Notes under the pieces: generated by a model
The model's input: only the letters and a program-made list of their open reading frames with translations
Database searches by the model: none
What the model was told of the DNA's origin: nothing
From: an uncultured Chloroflexia bacterium
GTDB lineage: Bacteria > Chloroflexota > Limnocylindria > Limnocylindrales > CSP1-4
Assembly (NCBI GenBank): GCA_963748675.1
Contig: CAVVJX010000009.1
Span: forward strand, 140,931-204,930
Direction of reading: 5' to 3'
DNA: 64,000 nucleotides
Part shown: one piece after another, positions 18,580-28,109 of the stretch
Layout of the letters: every line of letters starts with the position of its first letter
Position numbering within the stretch: position 1 is the stretch's first letter
Made by a program: the position numbers and the translations under genes

Positions 18580-21088
18580 CTATTCGTATCCGACGGCACG
18601 CACGATCGACACGCCGCTGGCGAGGCGGGCAGGGTAGGCTGCGGCGAACATCGAGAGGACCACGCCCAGCACAAACGCGGCCACGACTGCGGGCCAGGGC
18701 ACGGCCGTCGCGATCTCCAGGCGACCACCGGCAAGGATGACCATCAGCGCACCGACCACGAGGCCGGCGACGACCCCGCAGATCGCGCCGACGAGGCCCG
18801 TGATCCCCGCTTCGACGACGACGGAACGCCAGACCTGTCGCCGCGTCATCCCGGCCGCCCGCAGCACGCCGATCTCGCGGACCCGCTCGAACACGTTCAT
18901 CGTGAGGGTGTTGACGATGCCGAGGGCCGCGACGATGACCGCGACCAGCGCGAGCACGTCGAACAGCCCGAAGACACGATCGAGCGCCTGGCCGATGGCG
19001 CCCTCGATGCGCCCGAGCGCGGTCGGTTCGAGCGCGACCGAGCGGGCGACGGACGCGAGCTCCGCCCGGTCGGCCGCGGTCGCCGACGGCACGAAGCGGA
19101 CGGCGAACGCATCCGCCCCAGCGACGCCCAGCTTCTCGGCGTCGGACCAGCCCACGATCACGGCTTCGCCGGCAGGGCCGGGCAGGGTGCGTTCGGTGAT
19201 GCCGGCGACCCGTATCAACAGGACGGAGCCGTCCGCAGCGGTCGCTTCGACCGTCTTCCCGAGCTCCAGGCCGTCGCGCGCCGCGACGCCCGACGGGACG
19301 ATCATGGCGCCGCCCGCGTCGATCGCCGCAAGGGCCAGCTCTCGGCCGCCCAGGACGAACCGCAGCCGGCCGTCGTTCTTGAGGTCCGCGCCGACCATCG
19401 CCACCGCGTCGGTCCGTACGCCATCGATGGCGAGGGCGAAGGAGCCGATCGGACTGACCGAGGCGACACCCGGCGTGACGAGCACGTCCTTGAGCTCATC
19501 GAGGCCGCGCGGGAAGATCGAGGTGAGCACGAGCTCGCCGGGCACGACGTCGGCGATCCAGGCGCTAGCCGCGTTCCGAGCGTGCTGTCCCACGCCCCCG
19601 AGCGCCACGATCATCGCCAGTCCGATCGTGAGGGCACCGACCGTCAGGGCCGCCCGGCTGCGGTCGCGCAACAGCGATGCCCGCGCGAGGCGTTCCTCGA
19701 ACCGGACCACCAGCCCGAACGGCAGCCCGGCGATCCGGGCCATCGGCGGCAGGATGAACGGCACGGCGAGGGCCACGGCGAGCAGGACGACGTACACGAC
19801 GAGCGCCCGCACGAGTGCCGTCTCGTCGGCCCCGCGCGGCCAGATGAGCAGGCCCGCGACACCCACGAGCGCGAACACGGCGACGAGCCAGCGCAAGCGC
19901 GCCCGGCGGGCGGTCGGCAGGTCCAGGCGCGCCTTGAGGGCCTCGACCGGCGAGATGCGACCGGCCCGTCGCGCCGGCTCGATCGCCGCGGCAAGCGTCA
20001 CGACGATCCCGATCGCGAGCGCCGCGAGGGCGTCGTTGACCGTCACGACCGGCGCACCCAGCGCCACCGACCCGACCGTCCGGACCCAGGCGGCAATTCC
20101 CGCCGCGAGCAAGGCGCCCGAGCGCCACGCCCAGCAGCGATCCGACGATGCCGATGGCCGTCGCCTGGACGAGGATGTACGAGGTCAGCTGGCCGCGCGA
20201 GGCACCCGCCGCCCGGAGCAACCCGAGCTCGCGGACGCGCTCCACGACCGTCATCGACAGCGAGTTGAAGATCAGGAAGGCGCCCGAGAACAGGGCGATG
20301 GCGCCGATGAGCGCCGTGGTCGCGGCGAAGTCGCCGGTCGATGCGCGCATCGACGCGCCGATGTCCTGCGGCGAGGACAGGACGTAGGGCTCGTTGAGGA
20401 GCGTCGATTCGAGGGCGCTCGTGACCGCCGCCGCCGACGCCGTCCCGATGTCGACCCGGGTGAGCCCGTCTGCCGCGAAGGCCGTCTGGGCCGTCTCGAG
20501 CGGCACGATGACGGCTCGACCGCCGCCGCCCGCCCACGGGCCGTCGCCCGCCAGGATCCCGACGATCCGGAGGTGGACGGGCGCGTCGATGGTCTCGAGG
20601 TCGATGATGTCGCCGACCGCGAGACCGTCCTCTCGGGCCAGGGTCGCGTTCACGAGCGCGTCGTTGGCGCCTCCCGCGGCCAGGGCTGAACCCGCGCTCA
20701 GCGTCAGGTCGTGGAGCGCGGCTTCGGCAACCGGGTCGATCCCGGCGATCGTCACCGGCGGCGGCAACGGATCGCCCGGGCCGAAGGCCTCGGCCCCGAG
20801 GTAGGTCCGCCGCTCGAAGGCGGGCGCGACCACGGCCACGCCGGGCGTGCCGGCGATCGTGTCCAGCGTCGCCCGCGACAGGCCGGTCTCGCCGAAGGCC
20901 GCGACCCGCAGGTGGGCCCGCCCGACCAGCGTCGACACGGCGCGGTCCACGGCGGTCTCGATGCCGGCGTTGGTGGCCAGGCCGGCGAACAGGACCGCGA
21001 CCCCCAGGGCCACGCCGGCAACCGTCAGGCCGGTCCGCATCGGGCGGGCCCGGAGGCCACGCCAGGCGAGCCCGTTGAGGCCGCCCAT
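18580..21088 (-). CDS. ABC transporter permease, MacB/FtsX-like with duplicated domain; apparent frameshift near 20118
   Basis: Two FtsX C-terminal signatures (ERVRELGLLRAAGA and ERVREIGVLRAAGM) in ORFs 19565..21088 and 18580..20112. Confidence 0.88.
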
Positions 21089-21913
21089 CTAGAGCCCGAG
21101 CTGGGCGAGGCGACCGATCAGCGTGGCCGCGTCGTGGTCCCTGCGACGACCGAGCTCGATCGTGTCGAGGATCGTCCCGTCGCCCACGACGAGCACGCGG
21201 TCCGCGTAGGCCGCCGCCTTCGAGTCGTGCGTGACGAGCACGATCGTCTGGTGCCGCTCCTCGCACGATCGCCAGAGCGCGTCGAGGATCTCGGTGCCGG
21301 TCGTGTAGTCGAGGTTGCCGGTCGGCTCGTCCGCGAAGAGCAGCGCCGGTCGGGTCACGAGCGCGCGCGCCACCGCGACGCGCTGCTGCTCGCCCGCCGA
21401 CAGCTGGTCGGGCTTGTGGTGCTCCTTGCCGGTCAGGTCGACGAGCTCGATCACGTCGCGGATGCGCTCGGCGATCTCACCGCGCGACGTGTCCTGCCCG
21501 GCGATCGTGAACGGCAGCGCGACGTTCTCGGTCACGTCGAGGAGCGGGATGAGGTTGAAGGACTGGAAGACGAACCCGGTCCGGTCGCGGCGCAGCCGCG
21601 TGGCGCGGTCGTCGGAGAGCTGGCTGATGACCTCGCCTTCGAGGATCACCTCGCCGCTCGTGGGCCGGTCGAGGCCACCGAGCAGCTGCAGGAGCGTGCT
21701 CTTGCCGCTGCCCGACGGGCCCATGAGCGCGACGAACTCACCGGCGGCCACGGACAGGGAGACGCCGCGCAACGCGTCGACGGTCGTCTCGCCGAGCGGA
21801 TACGACTTCGTCAGGTCGCGGCCTTCGAGGATCGGGCCTGTGGCGACGGGCGCGGGGCTGGGTGCGCTTGCGGGGGCGCCGTCGGCCCGGCTGGCGTCGA
21901 GCTGCGCGGTCAT
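21089..21913 (-). CDS. ABC transporter ATP-binding protein, LolD/MacB-like
   Basis: [35 protein letters not shown]. Confidence 0.93.
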   Translation of the reverse strand: MTAQLDASRADGAPASAPSPAPVATGPILEGRDLTKSYPLGETTVDALRGVSLSVAAGEFVALMGPSGSGKSTLLQLLGGLDRPTSGEVILEGEVISQLSDDRATRLRRDRTGFVFQSFNLIPLLDVTENVALPFTIAGQDTSRGEIAERIRDVIELVDLTGKEHHKPDQLSAGEQQRVAVARALVTRPALLFADEPTGNLDYTTGTEILDALWRSCEERHQTIVLVTHDSKAAAYADRVLVVGDGTILDTIELGRRRDHDAATLIGRLAQLGL

Positions 21914-22038
21914 GTGTGCCTCGGTGCGGAGCGGTCTGGTGGGGTCACCATAACGGTGTGCCCGGCCCCGGTCGGCGGCCCGATGGTCCCGTGCGGGCTA
22001 GTACCGGCCCGTTCGAGCGCCGGATCGGCTGCCCCGGG

Positions 22039-23022
22039 TCAGCCGCCGAAGAAGACCCCGGCGACACCGCCGACGATCGTCTCGAGCAGCCCGGCCGAAT
22101 GGTTCGAGGCGACGATCCGGAGACCGGTCTCCCCTGCCGCCTGACCGGGCGGCGTGCCGTTGCCGGACGAGCCGCCGTTGCCGTTGTCGCCGCCCTGGCC
22201 GTTGCCGTTGTCCTGACCGCCCGGGCCAAGGCCCTTTCCGCCACCGGTGTCCTCAGGTGCCGCCCCTTCTCGAATTGGGGCCGCGGGGTCGGTGACGGGG
22301 TCGGCGTGGGTGTGGGTGTCGGCTTCGGCGTCGGCTTGGGCGTTGGCTTCGGCGTCGGCTTGGCGGTCGCTCGGACGACGGGCTTGGGCTTGGCCGTCGG
22401 CTTCGGGGCGGGTTTGGCGGTCGGCTTGGGCGTGGGCTTCGCCGTTGGCTTGGGGGCCGATCCTCCGCACTTGTCGGCGAACAGCACGGTCCACATCTTC
22501 TTGCCACCCGGACCCTGGTACGCGCCGACGCCGATGACGTCCCAGGCCCGGCCCAGGATGTTCTTCCGGTGGCCCGGACGAGTCCATGAACATCTTGTGG
22601 ATCGCCGCGGTGGCCGTGTCGTCCGGGTACGTGTTCCAGCCGATGTTCTCGCCGGCGAGCTTGTAGCAGTAGCCCTTCGCGTCGAGCTTCTTGAAGACCG
22701 AGCCGTAGCCCGGGATGTCGTGGCTGAAGTAGTCGCGCTGGGCCATGTCCTTGCTGCGCCAGCGCGCGGTGGAGGTCAGCGTGCTGTCGACCTTGAGCGC
22801 CTTGAGGCCCGCGTCGGCGCGACTTCGGTTGGTGAGCGCGATGAGGTCCTTCTCGGACGCCACGCTGTAGGCGCCGCTGTCCCACGCGAGCGCGGATCGC
22901 GGCTGGGCGAGGCTGACGACCGAGGTCAGCGCGAACACGACGGCAACGAGCCCCGCGATCCGTCGCGAGACGTGCGTGGAAGGCGTGGAGGCGTGCGTCG
23001 TACTGCGCGTCGAAAGGGTCAT
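22039..23022 (-). CDS. Secreted CAP/SCP-domain protein with Pro-Thr-Lys repeat stalk and Gly/Asn tail; two compensating frameshifts (~22575, ~22270)
   Basis: Signal peptide, [29 protein letters not shown], then S(G)HRKNIL and (KPTP/KPTA)n in the alternative frame (ORF 21945..22496). Confidence 0.85.
   Translation of the reverse strand: MTLSTRSTTHASTPSTHVSRRIAGLVAVVFALTSVVSLAQPRSALAWDSGAYSVASEKDLIALTNRSRADAGLKALKVDSTLTSTARWRSKDMAQRDYFSHDIPGYGSVFKKLDAKGYCYKLAGENIGWNTYPDDTATAAIHKMFMDSSGPPEEHPGPGLGRHRRRRVPGSGWQEDVDRAVRRQVRRIGPQANGEAHAQADRQTRPEADGQAQARRPSDRQADAEANAQADAEADTHTHADPVTDPAAPIREGAAPEDTGGGKGLGPGGQDNGNGQGGDNGNGGSSGNGTPPGQAAGETGLRIVASNHSAGLLETIVGGVAGVFFGG
22300..22455 (-). repeat. Intragenic 12-bp repeats encoding KPTP/KPTA
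   Basis: Repeated GGCTTGGGCGT/GGCTTCGGCGT units on the plus strand. Confidence 0.8.
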
Positions 23023-23257
23023 GAGCTCGTTTCGGGTCTCGTGCGGCCGTCCGCGGGAGCGGCGGCGGGCATTCTGGTGCGGTCTTCACGGTAGGCGGGG
23101 AGTGCGGTCGGGTCCCCGGCGCGAAGGTCCCACGCGGGCAACACCCCCCGTACCGGTCGGTCGTGGGGCTTTTGGGTAGGTCCGGAGCGGTCCGGCGGGG
23201 TTTCCGGTGGGATCACCGGCGCTCCACGACGTACGACCGTGGCACACTGGCAACGAA

Positions 23258-23965
23258 GTGCCGAACACCGACCGCGTCGTCCTCATCACCGGTGCGACCG
23301 GCGTCCTGGGCCGCGAGACGGCGCGCGTCTTCGCCGAGGACGGTGCCCGACTGGGCCTGGCCGGCACGGACGCCGATCGACTACAGAGCGTGGCACACGA
23401 ACTCGGCCTGGCGGACGACCGATGGGTGGCCGCGGTCGGCAACGTTGCGCAGCGCGACGGCGCCCGATCCGTCGTCGAGACGGTCACGACGGCATTCGAG
23501 CGTGTGGACGTGCTGATCCACCTCGTCGGTGGCTACGCGGCGGGCACGCCGATCGCGGAGCTGGATCCCGCCGACATCGCCGGGATGCTGGACCAGCACC
23601 TGTGGACGACGCTGCACCTGGCCCAGGCCGTGATCCCCGGGATGGTCGAACGCGGCTGGGGTCGCGTGCTTGCGGTCTCGCCGCCCGTCGCCACCGAGCC
23701 CCCCGCGAAGATGGCGCCGTACGCGATCGGCAAGGCCGCCCAGGAGGTGCTGCTCCGGACGCTCGCCCGGGAGGTCGGTGGTACCGGCGTCACGGTGAAC
23801 CTCGTCATCGTCAAGGCGATCGATGAGAAGGGCGTTCGCGAGACCGACCCGAAGAAGGCCTCGTGGACGGCGCCGAACGAGATCGCGGCCACGTTCCGGT
23901 TTCTCGCCTCGGACGAGGCCGCGGCGGTGAACGGGGCGCGGATCCCGCTCAACAACCGGAGCTGA
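23258..23965 (+). CDS. Short-chain dehydrogenase/reductase (SDR)
   Basis: [11 protein letters not shown] Rossmann motif and YAIGK catalytic motif. Confidence 0.9.
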   Translation: MPNTDRVVLITGATGVLGRETARVFAEDGARLGLAGTDADRLQSVAHELGLADDRWVAAVGNVAQRDGARSVVETVTTAFERVDVLIHLVGGYAAGTPIAELDPADIAGMLDQHLWTTLHLAQAVIPGMVERGWGRVLAVSPPVATEPPAKMAPYAIGKAAQEVLLRTLAREVGGTGVTVNLVIVKAIDEKGVRETDPKKASWTAPNEIAATFRFLASDEAAAVNGARIPLNNRS

Positions 23966-23972
23966 CCGGCCG

Positions 23973-25640
23973 TCAGGCGGCGCCAGCCACCGTCGCCGAG
24001 ACCAGGGCCTGCGCCTCCTCGATGAGCGTCTCGAGGTGCTCCTCGCCGCGGAAGCTCTCGGCGTAGACCTTGTAGACGTCCTCGGTTCCGGACGGCCGGG
24101 CGGCGAACCAGCCGTGCTCGGTCGTGACCTTCAGGCCCCCGATCGGGCGCGCCGTTGCCGGGCGCCTCGGTCAGGACGGCGGTGACCGGATCGCCGGCCA
24201 GCGTCGCCGCCGTGACCGCGTCGGGCGTCAATCGCCCGAGCGCGGCCTTCTCGGCGGGCGTCGCCCGCGCGTCGATCCGCCGATAGACCGGCGACACGCC
24301 GAACCGCTCGGTGAGCTCGCGATACGCCTCGCCGGGGTCGCGCCCGGTCTGGGCGGTCAGCTCGCACGCGAGGAGGTCGGCGATGATCCCGTCCTTGTCG
24401 GTCGTCCAGACCGTGCCGTCGCGGCGCAGGAACGAGGCCCCGGCACTCTCCTCGCCGCCGAACCCGAGCGACCCGTCGACGAGCCCATCCACGAACCACT
24501 TGAACCCGACCGGCACCTCGATGAGGCGCCGGTCCAGGTCGGCCGCGACGAGATCGATCATCGACGACGACACGAGCGTCTTGCCGACAGCCACCTCGGC
24601 GCCCCAGCCGCGCGCCCCGCCGAACAGGTAGGCGATCGCCGCGGACAGGAAGTGGTTCGGGTTGAGCAACCCGGCCGTCGGCGTGACCACGCCGTGTCGG
24701 TCGGCATCGGCGTCGTTGCCGAGGGCGATGTCGAACTCGTCGCGCAGGGCGACGAGACGGGCCATCGCATGCGGCGACGAGGGGTCCATCCGGATCTTGC
24801 CGTCCCAGTCGGCGGTCATGAACCCGAACTGCGGGTCGACCTTGTCGTTGGTGACGGTCAGGTCCAGGTCGTAGCGCTCGGCGATCGCGCCCCAGTACGC
24901 GCACCGACGCGCCACCCATCGGGTCCACCCCGATGCGCAGCCCGGACTTCGCGATGGCCTTCATGTCGATGACCGCATCGAGGTCCGCGACGTAGATGCC
25001 CATGAAGTCGTACGGGGTCGCCCGGACTCGCGCGTCGACATCGGAGACCCGCTTGATGCCCGCCCACCCCATCGGTGCCGGGCGCCTCGAGGATGCGGTT
25101 GGCCTCGTCCTCGATCCAGCGCGTGACGTCGGTGTCGGCCGGGCCGCCGTTGGGCGGGTTGTACTTGAAGCCGCCGTCGTCGGGCGGATTGTGCGACGGC
25201 GTGACCACGATCCCGTCCGCGAGCCGGCGCCAGCTGTCCGCCGGCCGATTCGCGACGATGATCGCGTGGGAGAGCGCCGGGGTCGGGGTGTAGCCGTCGA
25301 AGGCGTCGACCCGCACGTCGACGCCGTTCGCGACGAGCACCCCCAGCGCGGTCCGGGTCGCCGGCTCGGAGAGGGCGTGCGTGTCGCGCGCGAGGAACAG
25401 CGGCCCGGTGTAGCCCCGCGTCGCCCGGTACCGGCAGATCGCCTCGGTGATCGCGAGGATGTGGGCTTCGTTGAACGCGCCACGGAACGCCGAGCCGCGG
25501 TGGCCGGACGTCCCGAACGCGACCCGCTGCGCCGGGTCGGCGGGATCGGGCACCGTGTCGTAGTAGGCGCCGACGAGCGCGTCGACGTCGACCAGTGACG
25601 ACGGATCGACCGGCTTGCCGGCCCCCTGGCTGATGGCCAT
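23973..25640 (-). CDS. pgm: Phosphoglucomutase (alpha-D-glucose-phosphate-specific); about 3 apparent frameshifts (~25068, ~24903, ~24145)
   Basis: [64 protein letters not shown] across frames. Confidence 0.93.
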
Positions 25641-25735
25641 CTGACCCCTTTCGACGTCCCGTCGGGCGCCTTCGATATACTCCGCAGGCTTCGTCCACCC
25701 GCGCAGGCTGCGCACCGCCACGGACGAACGCCCGC

Positions 25736-25812
25736 GGTGGCCTTAGCTCAATGGGCAGAGCACTGGATTGTGGCTCCAGAGGTTACGGGTTCGAGCCCCG
25801 TAGGCCACCCCA
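25736..25812 (+). tRNA. tRNA-His (GTG)
   Basis: G-1, acceptor stem GTGGCCT/AGGCCAC, anticodon arm CTGGA-TTGTGGC-TCCAG, GGTTCGAG T-loop, discriminator C, encoded CCA; TATACT -10 at 25676-25681. Confidence 0.97.
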
Positions 25813-25834
25813 ACATCCTCCGAGCCCTACACCG

Positions 25835-25932
25835 GCGTCGTCCGCTGACGCTCCTGGAGACTCGAGCATCAGGGTTCCTCCATGAAGCGGCCGAATGCCC
25901 ATCGTAGGCCCACGCGGGTCACCGGACGACGC
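25835..25932. repeat. ~98-bp element bounded by 15-bp inverted repeats just downstream of the tRNA
   Basis: GCGTCGTCCGCTGAC (25835-25849) versus GTCACCGGACGACGC (25918-25932), one mismatch. Confidence 0.55.
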
Positions 25933-25943
25933 TCCGTCTGCCG

Positions 25944-26840
25944 TCAGGCCGATCCTCCCCCGAGCGGGGGCGCGCCGGTCGGGTCCTGCGTGCCGGGCGG
26001 GTTCATCCAGTCCGGAAGTGCGGGCGGCGGAGGCGGCGGCTCGTTCGGGTTCGAGAGCACCAGCGTCAGTCGGATGAGCACGATCGCGGCCAGCAGGTTG
26101 ACCGGTGCCGCCAGGGCCGCCCCGACCAGCTGACCGAGGCCGAGGAGACCAGCCGCACCGAAGACGGCGCCGGCGGCCGCGGCGACCACCCCGGACGTGA
26201 CGCCGATGACGATGACCGTCACCAGCAACCAGCGGAACACCCGGCCGAACTGGCCGCGGGTGAGCTCCCAGGCGAGCTTGATGGCCTCGACCGGTCCGGC
26301 GCCGGACAGCAACAGCGCCGCGGACGGCGCCACTCGGACGGCGACCGCGAAGTACACGACGACAGCCGCGATCGTGCAGAGCAGGATCGCCCAACCAAAT
26401 CCGATGAAGGCCTGGAGCAGGAAGAAGGCAGCCACGATCGCGGCCGTCCCCGCCGCGGCGAGCAGGACGATCGTCACCGTCAGCAGGAAGAACCGCAACG
26501 CAAGGTCGACGACGCCGGGGGCGAACGGATTTGGCGGCTCGCCATCGAGGAACTGGCGTGCGAGCTGGAACGACACCGCGGTCACGAGCGGCCCGAGCAC
26601 GATCCCGAGCAGAGCGGACAACGCGATCGTTGGGACGAACGCGCGGAGGTAGGCATCGAGATCAGCCTGGGTCGCGATCGAAGGAACGTTGCCGTCCAGT
26701 CCGGGCATGAATGCCAGCGGGGTCGCCATGATCGCGGTGAGGACGATCGGCGCCCACAGAAAGCCGGGCTTGGCGAGGATCCCGGCCGCGAAACCAAGCG
26801 TGTCGAGGACCGAGTCGCGCAACGGTGGTGCGGCGGTCAT
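25944..26840 (-). CDS. Hypothetical integral membrane protein (about 6 TM, Pro-rich C-terminus)
   Basis: GGAGG RBS; hydrophobic helices; GPVEAIKLAWELTRGQFGR motif seen in DUF975/GDPD-membrane-like proteins. Confidence 0.75.
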   Translation of the reverse strand: MTAAPPLRDSVLDTLGFAAGILAKPGFLWAPIVLTAIMATPLAFMPGLDGNVPSIATQADLDAYLRAFVPTIALSALLGIVLGPLVTAVSFQLARQFLDGEPPNPFAPGVVDLALRFFLLTVTIVLLAAAGTAAIVAAFFLLQAFIGFGWAILLCTIAAVVVYFAVAVRVAPSAALLLSGAGPVEAIKLAWELTRGQFGRVFRWLLVTVIVIGVTSGVVAAAAGAVFGAAGLLGLGQLVGAALAAPVNLLAAIVLIRLTLVLSNPNEPPPPPPALPDWMNPPGTQDPTGAPPLGGGSA

Positions 26841-27056
26841 TCGATCCCTCCAACCCTCAGGCGACGAGATTACGCCTCGTCTGCGCGGGCCGCGTCACCG
26901 AAACGGTGCTTCCAGTCACCGGCCGTTCCTTCACGAGCTGACGGTCGCCTGACAGGCCGGTGTGATGCGCCCGAACCGTTCCGCGCGGCACTCGCAAGGT
27001 GAACGGGACCCATGGTGCATTGCCCAGAGGACCATGAAAGGGTCACACTCGTCGCG

Positions 27057-28109
27057 ATGTTGCACGCCGCCACGTCGGCAACCCTCATCGAGCCCTCGGC
27101 ACCGAGCGTCCTGGTCATCGAGGATGACCCGGCGAACCGTGCCCTGCTGACCGCGCTGCTCGAGCGTGCCGGCTATCGGGCGATCACCGCGACGGACGGA
27201 CCGTCTGGCCTGGCCGCCGCGCTCGAGATCGCGCCCGACGTCGTGCTGCTGGACGTCGGCCTGCCCGGCATGGATGGTCTGGAGGTCTGCCGCCGCCTGC
27301 GGGCGGACCTGCGGACGGTCACCCTGCCCGTGGTCCTGCTCACGGGGCGCACCTCGGTCGACGATGTCGTCGCTGGGCTCGATGCGGGCGCGGACGACTT
27401 CCTCGCCAAGCCCTTCCACGAAGCGGAGCTGCTCGCGCGACTTCGCAGCGCCCGGCGCCTGGCGATCGTGATGGCCGAGATGGAAAGTGCCCAGGGCGTC
27501 GTGGCCGCTCTGGCCAATGCCGTCGAGGCCAAGGACTCGATGACCGAGCACCATTGCCAGCGCCTCGCGGGACTCGCCCACCTGCTGGCGACCGAGGCCG
27601 AGCTCGACCCGGTGAGCATCAAGGGCGTGGTATTCGGAGCGCTCCTCCACGACATCGGCAAGATCGGCGTTTCCGACGGTATCCTCAAGAAGCCCGGCGC
27701 CCTGACCGACGACGAATGGATCGAGATGCGACGCCACCCGATCATCGGCGAGCAGATCTGCCGTCCGCTCGCGAGCTCTCGCGAATTCGCCCCGATCGTG
27801 CGGCACCACCACGAGCGTTGGGATGGCGGCGGCTACCCGGACCGCCTGAAAGGCGATGAGATCCCGATCGGCGCCCGCATCGTGGGGCTCGTCGATGCCT
27901 TCGACGCGATCATCCACGACCGGCCGTACCGCGATGCCGGCTCCACGGAGAAGGCGATGGGGGAGATCGTCGCCCAGTCCGGCCACCACTTCGATCCAGA
28001 CCTCGTCGAACGGTTCGCGGCGATCGCGGAGCGGAACGACCTCGACGCCACCGACGACCGCTTGCGCATCGATTCCCTGGCCGCCCTGCGAGCCTCCAGC
28101 CGACGATGA
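27057..28109 (+). CDS. Response regulator with HD-GYP cyclic-dinucleotide phosphodiesterase domain (RpfG-like)
   Basis: REC domain (IEDD, LLDVGLPGMDG, KPF) plus LHDIGKIG and HHERWDGGGYP. Confidence 0.93.
   Translation: MLHAATSATLIEPSAPSVLVIEDDPANRALLTALLERAGYRAITATDGPSGLAAALEIAPDVVLLDVGLPGMDGLEVCRRLRADLRTVTLPVVLLTGRTSVDDVVAGLDAGADDFLAKPFHEAELLARLRSARRLAIVMAEMESAQGVVAALANAVEAKDSMTEHHCQRLAGLAHLLATEAELDPVSIKGVVFGALLHDIGKIGVSDGILKKPGALTDDEWIEMRRHPIIGEQICRPLASSREFAPIVRHHHERWDGGGYPDRLKGDEIPIGARIVGLVDAFDAIIHDRPYRDAGSTEKAMGEIVAQSGHHFDPDLVERFAAIAERNDLDATDDRLRIDSLAALRASSRR

Noticed and set aside
23073-23083. 11-mer TCTGGTGCGGT shared with 41212-41222, upstream of two cell-envelope genes
   Set aside because: A single short match, plausible by chance, and the second copy is part of a terminator hairpin
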